Source of the DNA: an uncultured Solirubrobacterales bacterium
GTDB taxonomy: Bacteria > Actinomycetota > Thermoleophilia > Solirubrobacterales > Solirubrobacteraceae
Direction of reading: 5' to 3'
NCBI GenBank assembly: GCA_963810015.1
Contig: CAWEMC010000019.1
Span: 3,530-67,529 of the forward strand
Length of the DNA stretch: 64,000 nt
Below, one piece after another: positions 39,555 through 47,023 of the stretch (position 1 is the stretch's first letter; each line of letters opens with the position of its first letter). The position numbers and the translations under genes are program-made. The notes under the pieces were generated by a model. The model was not told where the DNA came from, did not search any database, and worked only from the letters and a program-made list of their open reading frames with translations.

Positions 39555-40582
39555 CCGCCCACCGCCAGAGAGTATGCGTCGAGGTGCCGACGTGCACACT
39601 CCGCCCAGGAAAAATGTTCGGCCCTGATTGCTCCACGGCTTGAAAGATCGCGTCGCAGCGAAGGGTCGTCGGCGAGCTTGACCATCGACGCGGCGAACGA
39701 GCCGACGTCGCCGGGCTCGGCGTAGAGGGCCGCATCGGCGCATATCTCGGTGACGCCGGGTGACCGCGCCGCGAGCACCGGCGTCCCCACGCTCATCGCC
39801 TCCAGCGGCGTCAGCCCGAATCCCTCGTACAGGCTCGGATGCACGAGCGCGGCGGCCCCGGCGTACAGCTCCGACAGCCGCTGCGAGGACGGCGCGCGCT
39901 CCGTGCGGACCCCGGGACCGGCTGCGCTGGCCGAGCCCGCTAGGACCAGGTCCAGCGGGTCGGGCACCTCCGCGCGGTAGGAGCGGTACGCGGCGAGCAG
40001 CAGCGGCAGGTTCTTTCGCGGTTCCCCGTCGCCGACGTATAGGAAGTGGCGAGGGCCCTCTCCGGCGTGGTTCACGTGGAGCTCCTGCCCGGGGCCTAGT
40101 GGCGCGACCACGATCCGGTCCGCGGGCACGCTCCAGAGCGCCCGGGCGTCGGCAGCGGTCGTCTCGCTTATGCAGATGACCGCACGTGCGGCCCGGGCGG
40201 CCGCTCGATGTCGATGGCGCGCGTAGATCCGGAAGCGGCGATCGAAGTGGTCGGGGAGCCGCTCGTAGGCCAGATCGAGGACCGTCACGACCTGCGGGAC
40301 GGACGCCCACGGCGCCACGGTCGGGAGCGGGTGATGGATCAGGTCGGCGCCGCGCAGCCGGGCAAGCCACGGTAGCCGCACCGCCGTCCACCACGTGTCC
40401 GCGAACAGGTTGCGGGCGCTGCCGAGGCCGCCCCCGGCGGGAGGGCGCCGCCGCTCGTTGGGCGCCTCGGTGACCTCCACCCCTCCCAGCGCGGACAGGG
40501 CTTCTTGCAGGCGCCGCAGGTACACCGCGGTCCCGGAATACGGCGCGCGGCGTGCGTAGGTCGTGTCGAGCAGAACACGCAT
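39551..40582 (-). CDS. GT4 glycosyltransferase
   Basis: SGTAVY, PRKNL, HPSLYEGFGLTPLEAMSVGTP. Confidence 0.92.
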   Translation of the reverse strand: MRVLLDTTYARRAPYSGTAVYLRRLQEALSALGGVEVTEAPNERRRPPAGGGLGSARNLFADTWWTAVRLPWLARLRGADLIHHPLPTVAPWASVPQVVTVLDLAYERLPDHFDRRFRIYARHRHRAAARAARAVICISETTAADARALWSVPADRIVVAPLGPGQELHVNHAGEGPRHFLYVGDGEPRKNLPLLLAAYRSYRAEVPDPLDLVLAGSASAAGPGVRTERAPSSQRLSELYAGAAALVHPSLYEGFGLTPLEAMSVGTPVLAARSPGVTEICADAALYAEPGDVGSFAASMVKLADDPSLRRDLSSRGAIRAEHFSWAECARRHLDAYSLAVGG

Positions 40583-40608
40583 TCGTTGTCAGGGTACGGG
40601 CGCTGGCG

Positions 40609-41205
40609 CTAGCGCACAGCGCGCGCCAGCAGCATCCGCTTCAGCAGCGGCGGCCCTCCCGCCGCCCGCACGTCCACATCGCCGAAGCCGAACTCCCGCA
40701 GGGTCTCCGCGAGCGAGCGCCGGGTGTAGAGGTGCAGGTGGTCTCCGAGGGGGGGCGAGAATCGCTCGATCCCCGCTGCGGCAACCCGCAGCCGACCGTG
40801 CGATGGTGTCGTGATCAGTAGCCGCCCGCGGGGGACGATCACCCGCCGTACTTCCGAGAGCCATCTGGCGGTGTCCGCGACGTGCTCGATCACCTCACTC
40901 GCCCAAACCAGCTCGAACGAGTTGTCCGCTAGCGGCAGGGCGCCATCGATCGGCCCCAGGCGAAAGTCGAGCCCGGGATGCCGTGTCCTCGCTCGCTCCA
41001 CGGCGGCTCGAGCGACGTCGCAGCCGATTACGCGCGCGCCGGCCTGCGCGAGCACCGCCGTGAAGTCTCCGTTGCCGCACCCGAGATCGAGCGCGCGTTG
41101 GCCGGCCGCGACCGCAGAGACCAGAAACCGCCGCCGGCGCTCGAACTCCGGGGGCGCCAACTCGTCGGGCAGCTGTTGCCAGAGCTCCTCGTAGTAGTCC
41201 TGCAT
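40609..41205 (-). CDS. Class I SAM-dependent methyltransferase
   Basis: ALDLGCGNG, SEVIEHV, GRLLITTP; TACGGT 6 nt before ATG 41205. Confidence 0.9.
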   Translation of the reverse strand: MQDYYEELWQQLPDELAPPEFERRRRFLVSAVAAGQRALDLGCGNGDFTAVLAQAGARVIGCDVARAAVERARTRHPGLDFRLGPIDGALPLADNSFELVWASEVIEHVADTARWLSEVRRVIVPRGRLLITTPSHGRLRVAAAGIERFSPPLGDHLHLYTRRSLAETLREFGFGDVDVRAAGGPPLLKRMLLARAVR

Positions 41206-41264
41206 CGGGCGACCGTACCGCCCCACGTCCTCGCCTCGCCAACGTCTAGAGTGGCGGCACGGCT

Positions 41265-42209
41265 ATGAGGGTTGCGTTTGACAGCCGTCCTGCCAAGGAC
41301 ACCGGAGGCATCGGCCGCTACACCAGCTCGCTGCTCGCAGCTCTGCGCGCGACCGGCGAAGGCGAGATCGTCGAATCCCACTCCCCGCGGCGTTGCGATG
41401 TATTCCACGCCCCGTGGATCGAGGGGGCGTTGCTACGCCCGTCGGTACCGATGGTGGTGACGCTGCACGATCTGATCCCGCTCAAGCGCCGCAGCGAGTA
41501 TCTACGAACCGGGATTCGGTTCAAGCTCCGCTACCTCGCGGTCCAGCGTGCGACCCGAGTGATCGTCCCTACGAGCTCCGTCGCAGACGACGCTGTGCGC
41601 TGTCTCGGAATCCCCGCGGAGCGGCTCGTCGTGGTCCCGGAGGCCGCCGCCACGGGTCTGAGCCCAAGATCGGAGGACCAGGTTCGAGCCGTGCGCCAGC
41701 GTTACGGCTTGCCCGCGCGGTATCTGCTCTGGGTGGGCGGACTGCGTACGCCCGATCCGCGCAAGCGCGTGGCCGCGCTGGCGCGCGCCACGCGGACGAT
41801 GCCGCTGGTGCTCGTCGGGCCGGCCGGCACGTGGGCGCGCGAGCTTCCTGACGTGACGCTTACCGGAGCCGTCAGCGACGACGAGCTCGCCGCGATCTAC
41901 ACCGGAGCGCACGCTCTCGTATTCCCGAGCGATGAGGAAGGTTTCGGTCTTCCGCCGGTAGAGGCGCTGGCATGCGGGACGCCCGTGGCGGCGTTCGACG
42001 TTCCGGCCGTGCGCGAGGTGCTAGATGGGCGTATCGCGCTGCGCGCGGTAGGCGACCTTAGCGGCTTGATCGACGCCGCCGAGTCCGCGGCGAGGCCCGC
42101 GCCCCCGCCGCTTGCCTACACCTGGGACGATGCCGCCCGCGCGACGTGGGAGGTTTATCGCGAGGCCGCTCTCGTGGCCTCAGGGCGGCGTGCCATTCTC
42201 CGCTCGTGA
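41265..42209 (+). CDS. GT4 glycosyltransferase
   Basis: GGIGRY, TLHDLIPL, FPSDEEGFGLPPVEALACGTP. Confidence 0.92.
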   Translation: MRVAFDSRPAKDTGGIGRYTSSLLAALRATGEGEIVESHSPRRCDVFHAPWIEGALLRPSVPMVVTLHDLIPLKRRSEYLRTGIRFKLRYLAVQRATRVIVPTSSVADDAVRCLGIPAERLVVVPEAAATGLSPRSEDQVRAVRQRYGLPARYLLWVGGLRTPDPRKRVAALARATRTMPLVLVGPAGTWARELPDVTLTGAVSDDELAAIYTGAHALVFPSDEEGFGLPPVEALACGTPVAAFDVPAVREVLDGRIALRAVGDLSGLIDAAESAARPAPPPLAYTWDDAARATWEVYREAALVASGRRAILRS

Positions 42210-42952
42210 GCGTCCACGCGCGTCATCCGGGCGGTACCAATGGCGGAACGCAGGCCGCGGTGATCCGTCGCTCGTGGACACTGTTCGATGTCCCGATCGC
42301 CGCGGGCCAGCCGTCAGAGCTGCTGGCCACGATCTCCGGCTGGGCCTCGCAGCGCGTGACGCATCGCGTGATGTACGTCAACGCGCATGTCATCAACCGA
42401 TCGCGGACGACACCGGAGCTTGCACGCGCGCTGCGTCGGGCCGATCTCGTCTACGGCGAGGGCCGTGGGCTGCGGCTCGCGGCGAGAATGACACACACGA
42501 CCGTGGCGGGTCGGATGACCCCGACCGACTGGATCTGGGGCCTGGCAGCGGTGTCCGACCTGCCCGGCCCGACGCTGTACCTGCTCGGCTCCGAACCGCC
42601 GGTCGCGCTCGATGCGGCGGATCGCCTGCGTCGCTGCCATCCGCGCTTCGACGTTGTCGGCGCTCATCATGGCTTCTTCGACCTGGATTCCCCCCACAAC
42701 GACCGGGTGATCGAGGACATAAACGAGCGCCAACCCCAGATCGTGCTGGTCGGAATGGGGACGCCCAAGCAAGAGCTATGGGCGGATCGCTACGCCGATC
42801 GCCTCGGCGGCGCCGTCGTCTGGACGGTCGGCGCGCTTTTGGACCACGTCTCCGGACACGTCCCATCCCGACGGACGTGGCGCCGCTACCTGATCGAGAA
42901 TCCCTCGTTCGTCTGCGGCGTCGTCGCGGAGGCCAGGCGCAGCGGGAGCTGA
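42206..42952 (+). CDS. Second WecB/TagA/CpsF family protein with a ~20-aa C-terminal deletion
   Basis: YVNAH, VGMGTPKQELW, TVGALLD; lacks the APxW...GLEW.YRL..EP segment. Confidence 0.85.
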   Translation: MSVHARHPGGTNGGTQAAVIRRSWTLFDVPIAAGQPSELLATISGWASQRVTHRVMYVNAHVINRSRTTPELARALRRADLVYGEGRGLRLAARMTHTTVAGRMTPTDWIWGLAAVSDLPGPTLYLLGSEPPVALDAADRLRRCHPRFDVVGAHHGFFDLDSPHNDRVIEDINERQPQIVLVGMGTPKQELWADRYADRLGGAVVWTVGALLDHVSGHVPSRRTWRRYLIENPSFVCGVVAEARRSGS

Positions 42953-42960
42953 GGCGAGCG

Positions 42961-44016
42961 CTAGCGGCAGGCCGCGGCCGCAACCGTCGTCTCGACGGCC
43001 GCTCGAAGCCGCCCGGCGACCGTGTCGGGCGAGTACGACTTCAGCCTTGCATTTCCGCGAGTGCGGAGCGCCGCTCGCAGCGACTCGTCCCGGACGGCCA
43101 GATCGAGCAGTTCGGCCACGACGACGCGGTCGGTGTCATCGACCAGCAGAGCCGCGTCGCCTGCCGTCTCGGGCACCGCCCCCTTCGGCGTCGCGATCAC
43201 CGGCACGCCGAAGTGGAACGCCTCCAGGAGCGGAACGCAGAAGCCCTCGTGTGCCGACAGGCACAGGAATACGTCCGCCGACCGGTAGCGGTTCCCAAGC
43301 TCGGCTTCTGACAACGAGCTCTCGATCGTGACCGCGCCCGGCGCCAGCGTGTCGGCCAGCCGCCTCAGCCCCGCTGCGTAATCCGCCGTGACCGGATCGC
43401 CGACCAGCGTTAGCCGCGCTCCGGGAGCTCGATAGCGGCGGTAGAGCGAGAACACGCGAATCACCTCGGCTTGGCGCTTGTGCGGCGAAAGGCGTCCGAC
43501 GAACAGCACCGTCGGCGATGACCCCGGGCGGCGAATGGTTGGTGGACCCAGCCGATTGGTGTCAACGAGCAGCGGGATCACCTCGGTTCGCTCGGCGCCC
43601 AGCGACCGCAGCTCGGTTGCGCTGAAGGAGGATGCGGCCGCGGCCACGTCGACGGCCTGCACCAGTTCGGAAAGCTGCTCCCGGCCGATGGCACAGCGGA
43701 GCGCCGCCACCGGCGCCTGATCCCACAACCACTCCGGAGGCGTGACGTTGTGGTAGAGGAGCAGCTTGGGATTGGGCAACCGCAGCAGTTCGCCCAGGCC
43801 CGGCGCCCCGGCTGAATGGTGCAGGAGCAGCACGTCATCGCTCGCGACGGCGAGCCGCGCCAACGGCGCGATCGAGCCGTTCGAGCCGGCGGCGATCCGC
43901 GCGGCGTGGTCCGCGCCGCCCCAGCCGAATTCGCGGAACCTAGAACGAAACTGGAGCGCCTCGTTGGTGATCGCGTCGTGTCGGCCCGCCCCCGACAGGA
44001 TCTGATGAACCTTCAC
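42961..44016 (-). CDS. GT4 glycosyltransferase
   Basis: DAITNEAL, YHNVTP, FVGRLSPHKRQ, SAHEGFCVPLLEAF. Confidence 0.9.
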   Translation of the reverse strand: MKVHQILSGAGRHDAITNEALQFRSRFREFGWGGADHAARIAAGSNGSIAPLARLAVASDDVLLLHHSAGAPGLGELLRLPNPKLLLYHNVTPPEWLWDQAPVAALRCAIGREQLSELVQAVDVAAAASSFSATELRSLGAERTEVIPLLVDTNRLGPPTIRRPGSSPTVLFVGRLSPHKRQAEVIRVFSLYRRYRAPGARLTLVGDPVTADYAAGLRRLADTLAPGAVTIESSLSEAELGNRYRSADVFLCLSAHEGFCVPLLEAFHFGVPVIATPKGAVPETAGDAALLVDDTDRVVVAELLDLAVRDESLRAALRTRGNARLKSYSPDTVAGRLRAAVETTVAAAACR

Positions 44017-44372
44017 GCCGGGTCGTCGCCTCGGAGCCTTCGCTCGAGCGCGGCGATCCGTTCCTCGAGCCTGCGCATCTCGTCGACGACCCCGACGTTG
44101 AACCGAGCCTGGCGAGCGAGCACCTCGGCGTGGTATTGGGCAAGCAGGCGCAGCAGCAGTCGCTTGGCGTGGGTTGCCGGCGCCCCGAACCGCCGCGTCG
44201 AACCGACCACGCTCCTGTCGGGCTCGATCAGCGCCCACTCGAGCAGCTTCGCCGTCGTCACCGGCTCGGGATCCGGTCGCGCGCCGCCGGTCTCCTCGCC
44301 GTAGGCCCCGGACGCCCGCATCGACGCCGCCGACGCACGTGCCCGCTCCACGGCCTCCTCGGGTTCTGTCAT
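44013..44372 (-). CDS. Small coiled-coil hypothetical protein coupled to the GT4 gene
   Basis: Overlaps the downstream GTG; KRLLLRLL...RQARFN...LEERIAALE; GATAAT 7 nt before the ATG. Confidence 0.75.
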   Translation of the reverse strand: MTEPEEAVERARASAASMRASGAYGEETGGARPDPEPVTTAKLLEWALIEPDRSVVGSTRRFGAPATHAKRLLLRLLAQYHAEVLARQARFNVGVVDEMRRLEERIAALERRLRGDDPA

Positions 44373-44380
44373 TCCACCGA

Positions 44381-44815
44381 TTATCTAGGGTTTGACGTCG
44401 GGTTCTCCACGATGACCGTCACCGGGCCATCGTTGACGAGCTCGACCGCCATCATCGCCCCGAATAGCCCGCGCCTGGCGCCGAGCCGCTCGCAGAACCG
44501 CTCGTACAGCGGCTCCGCCACGTCCGGCGCAGCGGCGGCGACGTAGCTGGGGCGGTTGCCTCGCCGGGCGTCTCCGTACAGGGTGAACTGGCTGACGCAC
44601 AGCACCTCGCGCTCGCCGAGCGGCTCGTTCATCCGGCCCTCCTCGTCGGCGAAGATCCGCAACGCTCGGATCTTGTCGGCCAGCCAATCGGCGTCGCGTT
44701 CGCCATCGTCCCGGCTCACGCCGAGCAGCACCAGCATTCCCGGGCCAATCTCGGAGACCAGACCGCCATCGGCGCTCACCGCCGCGCGGCTGACGCGCTG
44801 GACCACCGCCCGCAC
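44381..44815 (-). CDS. dtd: D-aminoacyl-tRNA deacylase
   Basis: RAVVQRV, LRIF, VSQFTL, GNRPSY, VELVNDGPVT. Confidence 0.97.
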   Translation of the reverse strand: MRAVVQRVSRAAVSADGGLVSEIGPGMLVLLGVSRDDGERDADWLADKIRALRIFADEEGRMNEPLGEREVLCVSQFTLYGDARRGNRPSYVAAAAPDVAEPLYERFCERLGARRGLFGAMMAVELVNDGPVTVIVENPTSNPR

Positions 44816-44819
44816 GCGC

Positions 44820-45800
44820 CTAGAGCTCCCGCAGCTCCGCCGCCGTCTGCTCGGGAGCGACGATGTTGAGGTTCACGCCGGCGCCGAGCTCGAGGCCGGC
44901 GAGATACGTGAGCCGCGGCAGGATGTCGATGCGCCAGCTGAAGTGCTCGGCGCCACTCGGGGCGGTGCGTACCCACAGGTTCAGCGGTGGCGCGGCGTCG
45001 AAGCGGCGCCGAAGGCGGCTCAGGGCCTCGTGGAGCATCGCGGCGCCGGACGGCCCGTCGTCCTCGTAGCGCATCCGCGGCGTCCGAGGAGCGATCAGCA
45101 GCTGGAACGGGACGCGCGCTCCGTACGGCGCCATCAGCACCGTCTCGTCGTCGATCGCGACGATCCGCTCCCGCTGGCGCACCTCCTCCTGGACCAGGTC
45201 GGCGAGCAGGTTCCCGCCCATCGTCCGCGTCGCGTAGGCGCCGAACCGCTCCCGCTCCCGCGCGATGGCGGCCGGCACGAAGTCGAGCGCGTACAGCTGG
45301 GCGTGGGTGTGCGGCAGCGACGCCCCGGCCTCGCGGCGCTCGTTGACGATCAGATGGACGTAGGCCGCGTCGGCGTGAGCTCGCATCCGCTCGCGCCAGA
45401 CCGCCGACGCCGTCTCAACGTCCTCGGCCGTCAGCTCGGACAGCGACACCACGGGCTTCGGTGAATTGACGATCACCTCGTGCGCGCCGTGGGCGGGCGC
45501 GGCCCAGAACAGATCCGGGTTCGCGTGCGGCTCGAGCGCTTCGGAGTCCTCGCCGAGCGCCGGATACAGGTTCGGGACGACACGCACCGTCCAGCCTGGA
45601 GTATTCGGCCCGCTCCCGTTCGGTCGCACCGCGTAGACCTCGGGGGGAGTTCGGTCCTCGTGGCCCTCCGCGAACGGATCGGACTCGGGATCGATCGGCT
45701 CGGGCGGCGTGATCGAGAGCCCGCCACCCGGACGGTCAGCCCGGTCGCGCGCGACGATCGCCCGCTGGCCACTCAGCGGATCGACCCGCAGCTCCGGCAT
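44820..45800 (-). CDS. galT: Galactose-1-phosphate uridylyltransferase family
   Basis: ELRVDPL, RVVPNLYPAL, HEVIV, GASLPHTHAQ (HxHxQ), AGLELG. Confidence 0.9.
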   Translation of the reverse strand: MPELRVDPLSGQRAIVARDRADRPGGGLSITPPEPIDPESDPFAEGHEDRTPPEVYAVRPNGSGPNTPGWTVRVVPNLYPALGEDSEALEPHANPDLFWAAPAHGAHEVIVNSPKPVVSLSELTAEDVETASAVWRERMRAHADAAYVHLIVNERREAGASLPHTHAQLYALDFVPAAIARERERFGAYATRTMGGNLLADLVQEEVRQRERIVAIDDETVLMAPYGARVPFQLLIAPRTPRMRYEDDGPSGAAMLHEALSRLRRRFDAAPPLNLWVRTAPSGAEHFSWRIDILPRLTYLAGLELGAGVNLNIVAPEQTAAELREL

Positions 45801-45812
45801 CTCAAGCTCCCC

Positions 45813-46250
45813 TCAGAGCTGCTTCTCCATCGCGATGTGATCGATCCCGGCCTCGGTGAACATCCGCCCCCGGGGACGGTACCCGGCCTGTTCGTAGAGG
45901 TCCTGCGCATAGGTCTGCGCGTGCAGCACGATTCGCCGCCCGCCGAGCGCCCTCGTCTCCTCGTCGGCCATCTCGAGCAGAGCGGTGGCGATTCCGCGGC
46001 GGCGCATCGACTCTCGCACCGCGAGCCGGGAGAACTGTGCCGTCGAGCCGATCATCAGCAGCCGGCAGGTCGCCACCACCTCACCGCCGTGGATCGCCAC
46101 GAGGTGAATCCCGTCGTGATCGCGTCCGTCGACCTCCTCGTGCTCCGGCACCCCCTGCTCGACGCAGAAGACGTCGTGACGGAGCTTGAGCGCGGCCTCC
46201 ATCTCGCTCTGGCCCCGGAGCCGACGGACCTCGTAGCCGAGCAGCGTCAC
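45813..46250 (-). CDS. GNAT acetyltransferase (ElaA/YjcF-like)
   Basis: LRHDVFCVEQGVP, RRRGIA, LHAQ, EAGIDHIAM. Confidence 0.92.
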   Translation of the reverse strand: MTLLGYEVRRLRGQSEMEAALKLRHDVFCVEQGVPEHEEVDGRDHDGIHLVAIHGGEVVATCRLLMIGSTAQFSRLAVRESMRRRGIATALLEMADEETRALGGRRIVLHAQTYAQDLYEQAGYRPRGRMFTEAGIDHIAMEKQL

Positions 46251-46819
46251 GAGAGGACGTACCGCCGGATGTCGTGTTCCAGGGCGGCGGCGCTCAGATA
46301 TGGGCCGGCCTTGTCGAACACCTTCTGCCCCTCACGGTTGAAGAAGAAGGTCTGCGGATACGCCTGGTAAGCGTTGATGGCCGACGCGATGCTCCCCTTC
46401 GGATCGGTATAGCTCGGATAGGTGACCGGGAACCTGTGCAGGAACGCGGTCGCATCGGTGTTCTGGTCCTTGGCGTCGATGCCGAGGAACGCGACCTGAC
46501 GTCCGTACGCGACCGACGCGCGCTGGTAGCTGGGGAATTCCGACTGGCACGGCTCGCACCACGACGCCCACATGTTGACGACGACGGGGTGTCCTCGAAG
46601 TTCGCGCAGCCGCGCCTCGAACGCGTTCGCTCCCCCTCCGAGGAGCTCGTTCGCCTGGTCGTGGATCCTCGCCAGCGCCGCCGGTGAGCCCTTGAACGCG
46701 GCCTGGACCGTATCTTGGGGCGGGGCGGCGTTGTGGGGGGTCGCTGCCCCGCATCCGGCGAGCCCGACCACCGCGATCAGTGCTCCAATCCTGGCTGCCC
46801 ACGACGCGCCTTTTTTCAC
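46247..46819 (-). CDS. TlpA/ResA-like thiol-disulfide oxidoreductase lipoprotein
   Basis: Lipobox LAGC; VVNMWASWCEPC; YPQTFF. Confidence 0.9.
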   Translation of the reverse strand: MKKGASWAARIGALIAVVGLAGCGAATPHNAAPPQDTVQAAFKGSPAALARIHDQANELLGGGANAFEARLRELRGHPVVVNMWASWCEPCQSEFPSYQRASVAYGRQVAFLGIDAKDQNTDATAFLHRFPVTYPSYTDPKGSIASAINAYQAYPQTFFFNREGQKVFDKAGPYLSAAALEHDIRRYVLS

Positions 46820-47023
46820 GGATCACAGCTTGCCACAGCCTCGGTCCTTCCAGCCGCACCCCGATCTGCTTAAATAGACGTTGTCTTCTAAGGGAGAGTC
46901 GGCGAGGGGGCATCGTTTCTGTGGAGTTACCTCGTCGCCTTGCTCGGCTCTTGCCGAGACCACTCGGAGCCGCCGAGACACGTAGCCGCGCGGCTCGCAC
47001 CTGAACGCAACCTTTCAATTCCG

